A DNA stretch of 50,220 nt from an uncultured Candidatus Saccharibacteria bacterium. GTDB taxonomy: Bacteria > Patescibacteriota > Minisyncoccia > Phycocordibacterales > GWA1-40-21. Within the stretch, counting starts at the first letter, position 1. The number at the start of each line of letters is the position of its first letter. The position numbers were made by a program, and so were the translations under genes. Under the pieces are notes generated by a model, which worked only from the letters and a program-made list of their open reading frames with translations, did not search any database and was not told where the DNA came from. This document shows positions 23,209 through 32,254 of this stretch, piece after piece. Where the stretch lies: NCBI GenBank assembly GCA_964562105.1, contig CAZLRP010000003.1, forward strand, positions 15,718-65,937, in the 5' to 3' direction.

Positions 23209-23823
23209 CTATCGTTTATATAAGATTTTTATAACCCCAATTAATTCAGGAAAGTTTCTGATATTAAAATGTCCCCTATCATTGAATGAGTTTGAAGAAG
23301 CATTTGGTAATTTTTCTTTATATTTTTCAAAATCAGTAAAAGGAACAATTTTATCGTCTGTGCTATGGAAGAGAATAATATCTTTTACTTGGTTAATGAC
23401 ACTTTGAAAATCATCATTGAACAGGAAGTCGGTATTTATATTATAGTTATTATTTTTTCCACTGTAAGGTGGTGCTATAAGAATAAGAGCTTTAACTTTT
23501 TTAGGGAATAGTGATTCTGACAAATATTTCACTAGAAACAAGCCACCCAAAGAGTGTCCTATTAAAGTGATGTCATCATCTAAAAATGGTATGAGTTTTT
23601 CAAACCAAATTTTCCATTCAGTATATTTCGCATTTTCTTTATTCGGCATCCTAGGAGTAAATATTTCAAATTCATTTCTAAGATTTTCTTCAAAATCATC
23701 CTTCCAGTCTTTTCTTGATATAAAATCATCTCTACTAACTTTTTTTTCTTTTAGTCGAACTAAAAAGTCGTCTTTTGTATCATATACATATCCTCCATGA
23801 ATAATTACAATCTGTTTTTTCAT
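23209..23823 (-). CDS. Alpha/beta hydrolase, RBBP9/YdeN family
   Basis: IIHGG, IGHSLGG nucleophile elbow, HSTDDKIVP, DRGHF. Confidence 0.85.
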   Translation of the reverse strand: MKKQIVIIHGGYVYDTKDDFLVRLKEKKVSRDDFISRKDWKDDFEENLRNEFEIFTPRMPNKENAKYTEWKIWFEKLIPFLDDDITLIGHSLGGLFLVKYLSESLFPKKVKALILIAPPYSGKNNNYNINTDFLFNDDFQSVINQVKDIILFHSTDDKIVPFTDFEKYKEKLPNASSNSFNDRGHFNIRNFPELIGVIKILYKR

Positions 23824-23838
23824 ATTTTATCAAATTAA

Positions 23839-25092
23839 CTATGACATTACTAAAACTTGTGCAGTATCATCTGAATCCTTTTTAGAAAAAACTGTATGAC
23901 CTCTTTTTGTTTCAATTATTAATTTTCCTTTATATTTAGGATAATTGTTTGTCACAATTTTTTCTACCAAGCCATAATTCTCAACTATATTTAAACCAGC
24001 TTTGGGGCATAAATTAATTAAAAGAGTACTCGTGATTGATATAGTAGACCATACATTATAGTTATTTTTGCATAAGTTGGCAACTAGTTCAACTATTTTT
24101 TCAGAATTAACGGCTGAGGTCGCATAGAGCCTTTCTCCATCAATTAAACAACATGAAAGAATATTTCCTTCATTATCTAATTCATAAGCTACCGAATTAA
24201 TTTTATCATTGAATAGTTTGGTCGGATCAAATCTTTTACCAAACTGTGAAGCGACAAAAGCAGATAATTTAGTTTTTACATCAGGAACTAGTTCTTCAAC
24301 TGAGCTTGAGAAAAATCCATCAGAAACTTTTAATTTTTGTTTTTTTATATTTAGATCATCAAAAATACCTTTTGTGTCGTAACCTTCAAACAGATCCAAT
24401 ATTTGTCCCGAGTTAATATTTCCAAACAGTGGTTTAAGTTTATGGCGTCTGTGCGGATTTTTTGCAAAAAAATCAATAACCATAGGTAATGATTCATTAA
24501 TTATATTCATCGTTTCTTCCGAAACTTTTAAATCAGGGATTCTGGATATTTGCTTAAGTGCACTAATAATTTTCATTGGATCATTCTTTGCCAGCTCAGC
24601 GTCCATGAATCTAAATTCCTTGTTCATAATTTCTAACTGAAAATCAGGGTTTAATATTTTTAATGAGTCTAAATCAAAAGCACAGCAACTTAAATTTGAA
24701 TCAGCAGTTGCAATAAGCTCAGAAACCGTTTTTTCTCCAATACTAGCAACCTGTATTTCTTTTCCATTCAACATATAATTAAAAACATTAGCATCTTTTT
24801 TAAAGGAGTATTTTCCTTCGACGAATTTTACATCTTCCTCCCAATCCATTTCAGTAAACCCTAAGCTTTCCAGATTTTTTTTAATATCTTCCACTGACAT
24901 TCTAGACATAAAATCGAAGTCAGCTGGATATTTATGAAGAATAATATCTCTAACTGCACCACCGATTAAAAAACTGTTATTTCCAAATATTTTTATAGAT
25001 TCATTAATTGGCAGTAATTCTATGATTTTGTTCTCGACTCTTGAAATTTCCCCCGTTTCTTTCGGGTCTAAATTTGAGGGTATTTTTTCCAT
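23839..25092 (-). CDS. Divergent class II tRNA nucleotidyltransferase/poly(A) polymerase-family protein with an unknown C-terminal domain
   Basis: IGGAVRD..YPADFDF (motif A); the later RRDFTIN and DPLRxxR motifs are degenerate. Confidence 0.7.
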   Translation of the reverse strand: MEKIPSNLDPKETGEISRVENKIIELLPINESIKIFGNNSFLIGGAVRDIILHKYPADFDFMSRMSVEDIKKNLESLGFTEMDWEEDVKFVEGKYSFKKDANVFNYMLNGKEIQVASIGEKTVSELIATADSNLSCCAFDLDSLKILNPDFQLEIMNKEFRFMDAELAKNDPMKIISALKQISRIPDLKVSEETMNIINESLPMVIDFFAKNPHRRHKLKPLFGNINSGQILDLFEGYDTKGIFDDLNIKKQKLKVSDGFFSSSVEELVPDVKTKLSAFVASQFGKRFDPTKLFNDKINSVAYELDNEGNILSCCLIDGERLYATSAVNSEKIVELVANLCKNNYNVWSTISITSTLLINLCPKAGLNIVENYGLVEKIVTNNYPKYKGKLIIETKRGHTVFSKKDSDDTAQVLVMS

Positions 25093-25156
25093 GTTCTAAA
25101 TATAGCATATTTCTGAAAATGAGTATATAATATTGATATAAATAGCGATACCAATC

Positions 25157-25927
25157 ATGAATATAGATGATATATATACGCCGATAGATGAGGCAAAAAA
25201 AGAAATACAGAGACGATGGAATAATCCTATTTTGAGAAAAAAAGCGGAAGATTTTTTTGAGGGTAATTTACCAGAAGTTTTCAAAAATGAACCTAGAGCA
25301 ATATTAGCTCGAGGAATTCTTACTCCTAATTTTGAAACAAGATATTTTCTTGATCTGATGGATCTTATTGAACTTAAGCCAGTATGCGGTGAATTTCATG
25401 ATGATAAATTTTGCACTATGAATAAAGATAAAATCCATCTTGGAAAGTTAGTTTTTCTTCGCAAATCTAATAAAACAAACAATGATGTAATAGATAAAAA
25501 AACTATTATTGATTTAGAAAAATACGAGAACAAACCTTTTAAGGAAATAAAAACTTTATATAACAAAAGTCTAGTTGATTTCCATCATCATTTGTATAAT
25601 AAAGAGTATAAAGAGATTATGAACTTTTTTGACATTTCTATTTTTAAAAAAAAAGGTGAAACGGCAAAAGAAGTTTATGAAAAAATTTTTACTCTTTGTA
25701 TTGCGAGCGGTGTTTTATTTGAAAATTTTATAGCCAAAGAGAGAGAACATGAAAAAAAATTTACTGAGGAAGTTGTTTTACCCGCATTCAAATCAGTTTG
25801 CGATAAATTTAATCTAAAACCTTTGATTATTCCGCTTTTACCTCTAAAAAACGAAGAAAGAGAGATATGGGATTGGTATCCTGGGCATTTAGAAAAAGAA
25901 GTTGATGGTTTTTTAACAAATAATTAA
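25157..25927 (+). CDS. Hypothetical protein, apparently co-transcribed with the sensor kinase
   Basis: 256-aa ORF ending 7 nt before the kinase start; no family recognised. Confidence 0.7.
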   Translation: MNIDDIYTPIDEAKKEIQRRWNNPILRKKAEDFFEGNLPEVFKNEPRAILARGILTPNFETRYFLDLMDLIELKPVCGEFHDDKFCTMNKDKIHLGKLVFLRKSNKTNNDVIDKKTIIDLEKYENKPFKEIKTLYNKSLVDFHHHLYNKEYKEIMNFFDISIFKKKGETAKEVYEKIFTLCIASGVLFENFIAKEREHEKKFTEEVVLPAFKSVCDKFNLKPLIIPLLPLKNEEREIWDWYPGHLEKEVDGFLTNN

Positions 25928-25934
25928 TAATAAA

Positions 25935-27572
25935 ATGGATCATAATTTAATTACGAATCTTGAAACTTGTTTGCCCTCACTTATGGATGTTCTAAATGGA
26001 AATCTCAATTTATTATACTATTCGCATTTACCAACAATAATTATTTCTTTATTTTTAGGTTTTTTTGTTTTATTCAAAAGCAGAGAAAAATTATTATCTA
26101 GAGTTTTCTTTTTTTTATCTCTAGTTTTTGCTTTATGGTCAATTCTAGATTTGTATACATGGTTAAGTTTTGATACCAGAATAATAATGTTTACATGGTC
26201 ACTTACTGGTTTAGTGGAAGTTCTTTTCTTTGTCCTAAGTTTCTATTTTTTGTATGTATTTTTTGAAAAGAAAGATGTTCTCTTTAGATATAAACTACTC
26301 GGAGTAATTATCTTGCTGCCTTTAATTATAATGATACCTTTAAAGCTTAATCTATTAGGATTTAATTCTGATGGGTGTTATGCCTTAGAAAATAATTACT
26401 CCCTATATTATAAATATTTTATTGAAATAATCCTATCCATTATTATTGTTATCTTTTCTTTAATAAAAATTCGACAACAAGTAGATAAAAATTTAAGAAA
26501 ACAATTAGTATTTTTGTTTTGGGGAATTATGTTGTTTCTTTTTTCTTTTTTCTCTGCTGTATTTTTAAGTGGTTATTTGGTAGATGCAGGTTGGGGAGTC
26601 AAAGGTTACAGTGTTGAGATTTATGGTTTGTTTGGAACTATTATTTTTATGGCCTTTCTTGCATATCTCATCGTTAAATTTAAAGCCTTCAATATCAAAC
26701 TCATCGGTGCGCAGGCGCTTGTTTGGTCACTTATAATTATTATTGGTTCTCAGTTTGCTTTTATACAAAATCCAACAAACAAAATTCTCACGACTATTAC
26801 ATTGATTATTTCTGGTGTAGTTGGTCTCATGATTGTTCGTGGGGTAAAAAAAGAAATTTTTCTTCGAGAAAAGCTTGAAGTGGCAAATGCGGGACAAGCA
26901 AACCTTATCCATCTTATGAATCATCAGATTAAAGGATATTTAACTATCAGTAAAAATGTTCTAGCGGAACTTCTCACGGATGATTATGGCAAAGTACCGG
27001 AAGAAGCAAAAGAAATAATTACAAAAGGTTTGGAAAGTTCCAACAGAGGAGTCAGATATGTCACGGATATATTGAAAGGAGCAAGCGCAGAAAGCGGAAC
27101 TCTGACTTACAATATGCAAAAAATTGATTTCAAGGAAATCGTTTTGACTACGATTGAAAGCAGAAAAGAAATAATAGAAAATAAAAAGCTGAAACTTGAA
27201 GTAGATATTGCAGATGGCGACTATAATATGACGGGTGATAGATCACAGCTTGGAGAGGCCGTCAGAAATCTGATAGAAAATTCTGTTTATTATACTATCG
27301 CAGGAGGGATAGCTATTCATTTGAAACACAAGGCCGGAAAAATACTTTTTTCAGTGAAAGATACAGGTGTTGGAATCAAACATGAAGATAGATCTAAAAT
27401 ATTCAAAGCCGGAGGTGTTGGTAGCGATTCCATAAAAATAAACGTTAATAGCTCAGGTTATGGTCTTGCTTTTGTAAAAGGTGTAGTAGAAAAACATAAT
27501 GGCAAAGCTTGGTTTGAATCCGCCGGTGCTGGCCACGGCTCAACTTTCTTCGTAGAACTGCCGGTGGAATAA
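25935..27572 (+). CDS. Sensor histidine kinase with a multi-TM (HisKA_7TM-like) N-terminus
   Basis: H-box MNHQIKGYL, N-box NLIENS, DTGVGI, GYGLAFVK, GHGSTFFVELP. Confidence 0.9.
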   Translation: MDHNLITNLETCLPSLMDVLNGNLNLLYYSHLPTIIISLFLGFFVLFKSREKLLSRVFFFLSLVFALWSILDLYTWLSFDTRIIMFTWSLTGLVEVLFFVLSFYFLYVFFEKKDVLFRYKLLGVIILLPLIIMIPLKLNLLGFNSDGCYALENNYSLYYKYFIEIILSIIIVIFSLIKIRQQVDKNLRKQLVFLFWGIMLFLFSFFSAVFLSGYLVDAGWGVKGYSVEIYGLFGTIIFMAFLAYLIVKFKAFNIKLIGAQALVWSLIIIIGSQFAFIQNPTNKILTTITLIISGVVGLMIVRGVKKEIFLREKLEVANAGQANLIHLMNHQIKGYLTISKNVLAELLTDDYGKVPEEAKEIITKGLESSNRGVRYVTDILKGASAESGTLTYNMQKIDFKEIVLTTIESRKEIIENKKLKLEVDIADGDYNMTGDRSQLGEAVRNLIENSVYYTIAGGIAIHLKHKAGKILFSVKDTGVGIKHEDRSKIFKAGGVGSDSIKINVNSSGYGLAFVKGVVEKHNGKAWFESAGAGHGSTFFVELPVE

Positions 27573-27577
27573 GATTT
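27538..27577 (+). repeat. Kinase 3'-end direct repeat, copy 1 (native)
   Basis: GCTCAACTTTCTTCGTAGAACTGCCGGTGGAATAAGATTT; 40-bp identical copy at 29418-29457, 34-bp copy at 28775-28808. Confidence 0.9.
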
Positions 27578-27709
27578 TTTTCAAAAATTTATAAAATCAT
27601 TGTTTTTTAAGATATTTGACTTTTATCTATTCGCCTGGTACACTCCGTCTCGGGTATCTTAAATGTTTTAAGATAAATCAAGTACTTTAATAGAAAGGAG
27701 GTAGCAAAT

Positions 27710-27934
27710 ATGGCTAAAAAGAAGTTTTCTCGTAAAGAAAGATCAGATGCTGATGGCTTTTTTGTGTCAGGCCCCACTTTTATTACAAACAGAAGAACGT
27801 GCGTTTCTGTTAAGATAATGAGAAGTGCTGTCAAAGTTAGGCACACAAAGGATCACGGACGTATTCTGACTTTTAGCCACCCCGAATGGAAAGCGTTCAT
27901 CAAGGGGGTGAAAGACAATGAGTTTGATTTGTAA
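27710..27934 (+). CDS. DUF397 (BldB-like) domain protein
   Basis: CVSV...VKVRHTKD.G..LTFSHPEWKAFIKGVKDNEFDL matches the DUF397 pattern CVEV..V.VRDSK..G..L.F...W..F..GVK..EF. SD GAAAGGAGGT, promoter TTGACT-N17-TACACT, terminator at about 27947-27989. Confidence 0.8.
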   Translation: MAKKKFSRKERSDADGFFVSGPTFITNRRTCVSVKIMRSAVKVRHTKDHGRILTFSHPEWKAFIKGVKDNEFDL

Positions 27935-28004
27935 TAACTCATTAGAATATCCACAACCTTTGTAATTTAGAGGTTGTGGATGTTTTTTTATATTAATAAT
28001 ATAT

Positions 28005-28721
28005 ATGAAAATAAAAATAGAGTTAAAAAATAAAAAAAGTAAGTATATTTATGGTGATATGCTTAAAAATAAAAAAGCAAAAACTCTTGTGTTATTTATG
28101 AGTGGTTTTTCTGGTGGCAGAAATTCAAAACTTTTTGTAAATGCATCAAACGTTTTTTTAAAAAATGGTTTTGACACCTTACGATTTAATTTTTTTCAAG
28201 AAAAAGGAACAAATAATACCTTAAGACCGGAAGAAATTTCCTTTTCTGTTTATGCCTCTGAATTGGCAAATATTATAAATCATTTCGAAAAGAGATACTC
28301 AAGAATTATTTTGGTTGGTCATAGTTTTGGGACAATAATATCAATATTATTTTTAAATAAATATAGAAAATATATAAAAAAAATTGGACTCGTTTTTTGG
28401 GAACCAACGCTTTTGCCATGGAAAGAAAAATTTATGAAAGAAGATTTTATTTTTGATATAAAGAAAAAAATATATTATGGAAAAAACACTAAAGAGATTA
28501 TGAATGAAATTTTTTATCAAGAATGTATTACTACAAACATATCTAAAATTTTTCACTCATTGAACAAAAATACTTGTGTTTTTGCTGCGAAAAATAGCGC
28601 AGACAAAGATGCTACTAAATTTAGTTCCAAACCTATAATTATAAAGAACACAAATCATTTTTTTGACGGCAAGAATGCCCAAAAGGAATTATTTGATAAA
28701 ACAATAAAATTCTTGAGATAA
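28005..28721 (+). CDS. Alpha/beta hydrolase
   Basis: MSGFSGG, DTLRFNF, VGHSFGT nucleophile elbow, NHFF. Confidence 0.8.
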   Translation: MKIKIELKNKKSKYIYGDMLKNKKAKTLVLFMSGFSGGRNSKLFVNASNVFLKNGFDTLRFNFFQEKGTNNTLRPEEISFSVYASELANIINHFEKRYSRIILVGHSFGTIISILFLNKYRKYIKKIGLVFWEPTLLPWKEKFMKEDFIFDIKKKIYYGKNTKEIMNEIFYQECITTNISKIFHSLNKNTCVFAAKNSADKDATKFSSKPIIIKNTNHFFDGKNAQKELFDKTIKFLR

Positions 28722-28774
28722 TAGTTAAACTGGCAAGAGAAACATTTATAAAATATATGTATAATAAAGGTTAC

Positions 28775-28808
28775 ACTTTCTTCGTAGAACTGCCGGTGGA
28801 ATAAGATT
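28775..28808 (+). repeat. Kinase 3'-end direct repeat, copy 2
   Basis: 34 bp identical to 27543-27576. Confidence 0.9.
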
Positions 28809-28814
28809 ATTTTT

Positions 28815-28889
28815 GAAACAAAAAGAGGGCACACTGTCTTTTCTAAGAAAGATTCCAATGATACTCCTCAGGTTTTGGTAATGTCATAA
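28815..28889 (+). pseudogene. Orphan 3' tail (24 codons plus stop) of a homolog of the 23839-25092 gene
   Basis: ETKRGHTVFSKKDSNDTPQVLVMS* vs ETKRGHTVFSKKDSDDTAQVLVMS* (22/24 aa identical). Confidence 0.85.
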
Positions 28890-28902
28890 TTAATATATAA
28901 AT

Positions 28903-29409
28903 ATGAACAAACAAAATATCGGTTATATTGCGGCAGATTTTCAAGAAAAAGATAAAATAGAAATCATAAATTGGTCAAAAACCATACGAGATAATGATTT
29001 ATACATTACTTCAATTGATGGAAAAACCAAAGGGGGTCATATGACAGACGATTTACATTTAACCTTCTTTTATGGTCTTGATGAGGATCTTATTAATAAA
29101 AATGATGTTCAAGATTTTATCAATACCATTAATCTAGAAAGCATAGAAATAGGTAAAATTGATATTTTTCCAGTAGCAGATCAAACTTGTGAAGTTTTAT
29201 ATTTATCTGTAGAAGATCAACTTGGTAAGATTAGAAAATATAATGAAACATTTAAAAAATTTCCGCATTTTACTGAATTTCAAAAAAAAGAATTTATACC
29301 TCATATCACAATTGCATTTGTAAAAAAGGGATTTGATGTAAATAAATTTACTTATACTGGTTCAAAAATTTTAAATATCAAAGAAATAATTCATCATTTT
29401 AAAATTTAG
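28903..29409 (+). CDS. 2H phosphoesterase superfamily protein (two HxT motifs)
   Basis: DLHLTFFYG and FIPHITIAF; N-terminal GYIAADFQE. Confidence 0.8.
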   Translation: MNKQNIGYIAADFQEKDKIEIINWSKTIRDNDLYITSIDGKTKGGHMTDDLHLTFFYGLDEDLINKNDVQDFINTINLESIEIGKIDIFPVADQTCEVLYLSVEDQLGKIRKYNETFKKFPHFTEFQKKEFIPHITIAFVKKGFDVNKFTYTGSKILNIKEIIHHFKI

Positions 29410-29417
29410 AAACAACA

Positions 29418-29457
29418 GCTCAACTTTCTTCGTAGAACTGCCGGTGGAATAAGATTT
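29418..29457 (+). repeat. Kinase 3'-end direct repeat, copy 3
   Basis: 40 bp identical to 27538-27577. Confidence 0.9.
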
Positions 29458-29604
29458 GTTATTTTATTAAATTAAATATACATAATTACAAGAATTTGAC
29501 ATATTTATAATTTACTTGTATTATCAAATGTAGAAGTATAGGGAAGAAGATAAATTCTATCCTGTTGAAAAATAGCGCCAAAGCGCAAAAAAAGGAGGTT
29601 CATC

Positions 29605-30699
29605 ATGTTATGTCCATCTATTGTTAGTATTCCAATTACACCCCGTAGTACCCCAAAGCTTGGACTTATGCTCATTCCATTTATCATGGATGTCATAGGT
29701 AATAAGATGGGACTTGATAAGGTATTGGCGCTCAATGTTAGTGGTTCTAAATTATTCAATGACAATGTTGAAAGTTGTGTTCAAGAATATTTTCAAGCCA
29801 ATTCTGGGCTGGGAATTGCTCCAGATTATATCTGGAGAGATGATCAGAAAGAGAATATCTATTGGATAAATATTCTATTTCAACAACTTGTAGCTGATGG
29901 GTATGTATTTAGAGATGAGAGACTCATATTACGTTGTCCTTGTCGTGTGGTAGAAACTTTGGCATTAGCTGATAATATCTCAAATACAAGGAGATTGTAT
30001 GAACGAGTAGGCAATGTTGTACATTGTAAAATATGTGGAGGAGCAATACTTCAAGAAAAAGATAATGTTTATCTATTTCAAGTCCCAGATTTGTTAATCG
30101 ATTGGCACATTACTCCAGTTTTTACCAAAATGGAAATCGTTAATTTAGCAAAGAAATTTGCTGGAGTTCAACTTCTTATTTCTAGAACAAGACCTTCTGC
30201 AATTCCTCTTTGGACAGGGAAAGAGTACATTTTTTTAGATGTTGATTTTGGTTGGCAATTATTTCTACCGATATTGAGTCGTCTCGGTCATAAACCAGAG
30301 GTATTTATTGGTAGCCAAAAAAATCTATTCGGATGCTATCTTTCAATGCTATTGTCATATCTCATAGACAAGACAACTCCGGAACTTATTGTTCCTGGAT
30401 ATTGTGTGACAAAAACAATGGAAGATAAATTCATAACCGATTCTTTTTTAGAATGGAATGAATCATCCGCAAGAATTTTTTTGGCCTGTCACTCTACTTT
30501 TCGAAAGAAAGAGATTGGTTTTACTGCTTCACTACTTCCATTAATAAAAAGAATTTTACGGAAGCCACATGTTAGAGTCTTGTGTCAAAAACGTTTATCT
30601 TTATCTGAAGCAATAAATCAGTGTGACGGTTCTGTTGTTCGTAAGCTTCTTGCAACAGATAAATATGAACATGAAATATTTAGCGGTATGATACGGTAA
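29605..30699 (+). CDS. Class I aminoacyl-tRNA synthetase (MetRS-like) catalytic-domain paralog with degenerate HIGH and no KMSKS
   Basis: Colinear with MetRS: IP..TPKLGLM (LP..IHLGHM), MDV (ADV), GLGIAPDY..EN..L..DGYV, CPC/CKICG knuckle, LLISR (DISR), FIG, PGY. SD AAGGAGGT; promoter TTGACA-N17-TATTAT. Confidence 0.7.
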   Translation: MLCPSIVSIPITPRSTPKLGLMLIPFIMDVIGNKMGLDKVLALNVSGSKLFNDNVESCVQEYFQANSGLGIAPDYIWRDDQKENIYWINILFQQLVADGYVFRDERLILRCPCRVVETLALADNISNTRRLYERVGNVVHCKICGGAILQEKDNVYLFQVPDLLIDWHITPVFTKMEIVNLAKKFAGVQLLISRTRPSAIPLWTGKEYIFLDVDFGWQLFLPILSRLGHKPEVFIGSQKNLFGCYLSMLLSYLIDKTTPELIVPGYCVTKTMEDKFITDSFLEWNESSARIFLACHSTFRKKEIGFTASLLPLIKRILRKPHVRVLCQKRLSLSEAINQCDGSVVRKLLATDKYEHEIFSGMIR

Positions 30700-30730
30700 C
30701 TATTTCAATTACAAAAAGGAGGTAATAGCT

Positions 30731-31468
30731 ATGGATTCACTTAGTAGGTTTGTTGCAGAATGCGGATTTATTTTTAAGAAAAATTTACTCTGCATTCTTC
30801 TTCTCGGATCGACACAACGCGATGATAATAATCCATTCTCAGACATTGATATTGTTATTATTATCAAGACGATGGATACTAATCAAGTAGTGCAACTAAG
30901 ATCAATTACCAGATCATTAGATAAACTTCTTGATTGTTCAATCTTGTGTAAAGATGAGCTTTCGGATAACTCAAATGATTTCTGTATAGGTTCACACGGA
31001 TGCTATCAACTTGAGCTTGTATTAAAAAAAGCCAAATGTATCTGGGGAGAAAATATACTTTTATCAATGGAGAGTCCAACACAACACAAGATCAGAGTCA
31101 GTATTGCTCGTAAGGTTATTGAATACACATGGTGGATTAGAAGAATGTTTATTGAATCAAATAGAGAGAGGTCACTTGAGATGAATTATAATCTCAATAG
31201 TCGCCTTATCAAAATGATTCGAGATATTCTCTATCTTCACGGTAATACTAATAGTATAATTGACTCTGTTGAAAATATTCTAAAAATATTTATTTTAGAA
31301 TATGCTGAGATGTTTACAGAAACTGAACGATTGACGATAATCGGTCTCGGCAAAAGTAGATATATTAACACTAACACATCAAACATGAGTGATGATTATT
31401 TATTGTTAAGATATTCTATAGCCAATAAAATTCATAAGAGAGTGACTGAGATTATCAAAAGCGAGTAA
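30731..31468 (+). CDS. Pol-beta superfamily nucleotidyltransferase (minimal NTase plus helical C-domain)
   Basis: LLGST..DDNNPFSDIDIVII (GS + DxD); SD AAGGAGGT; palindrome at 31457-31488 after the gene. Confidence 0.8.
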   Translation: MDSLSRFVAECGFIFKKNLLCILLLGSTQRDDNNPFSDIDIVIIIKTMDTNQVVQLRSITRSLDKLLDCSILCKDELSDNSNDFCIGSHGCYQLELVLKKAKCIWGENILLSMESPTQHKIRVSIARKVIEYTWWIRRMFIESNRERSLEMNYNLNSRLIKMIRDILYLHGNTNSIIDSVENILKIFILEYAEMFTETERLTIIGLGKSRYINTNTSNMSDDYLLLRYSIANKIHKRVTEIIKSE

Positions 31469-31504
31469 CTTGTAAGTTACTCGCTTTTATATTATTCTAT
31501 ATTT

Positions 31505-32254
31505 ATGATATTTAGAGGAAAATTTGAGGATATTGTTTTTGAGTTCGGTGTTGTGGATAACGCTAAATGCACAGTTATTATTTGTGATGGTCTTCCCTCC
31601 GTTCCAAAACAAAAAGAACTTCTTACTTATTTGAATAATCATGGATGTAATGTTTTTTATCCTCGTTATCGTGGAACGTGGGAAAGCGGTGGAGAATTTC
31701 TCGCACAATCACCATCTAATGATATTATTGATTTCGTGGAATTTGTTAAGATGGGAGAAATTACCGAACTTTATGGTAACAAGACTTTTTCTGTAAAAGG
31801 CCCAATACACCTTATTGGATCAAGTTTTGGCGGGTCAGTAGCGCTTTCCTCAGTAGATGATTCTAATGTAGATAAAATTGTAGTATTTTCTCCAATTATT
31901 GACTTTAAATTACAAAATAATAATGGAACAGAACAAGATTTAAACTTGCTTGGAAAATTTATAACAAAAGCCTTTGGTAATGGTTATAGATATAAGAATG
32001 AGAATTGGGAGTTAATGGTGTCTGGTAAATTATTTAATCCACCTGAAATGATAGAATCTAATAGGACAAAAGATATATTAATTGCTTATGATTTATTAGA
32101 CGACACGATTGATTATCAAAAAATAATTGATTATTCTTCAAAAAATAATATCAAGAATATTCTCTCAGAGAATACTGGGCATCTAAGTTTTTCAAAAATT
32201 CCACAAAATATATGGGCACAGGTTTTTGATTTTCTTTTCTCGGATAAAAATTAA
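31505..32254 (+). CDS. Alpha/beta hydrolase (S9-like)
   Basis: CDGLPS, YPRYRGTWES, IGSSFGG, DDTI, GHLS. Confidence 0.8.
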   Translation: MIFRGKFEDIVFEFGVVDNAKCTVIICDGLPSVPKQKELLTYLNNHGCNVFYPRYRGTWESGGEFLAQSPSNDIIDFVEFVKMGEITELYGNKTFSVKGPIHLIGSSFGGSVALSSVDDSNVDKIVVFSPIIDFKLQNNNGTEQDLNLLGKFITKAFGNGYRYKNENWELMVSGKLFNPPEMIESNRTKDILIAYDLLDDTIDYQKIIDYSSKNNIKNILSENTGHLSFSKIPQNIWAQVFDFLFSDKN

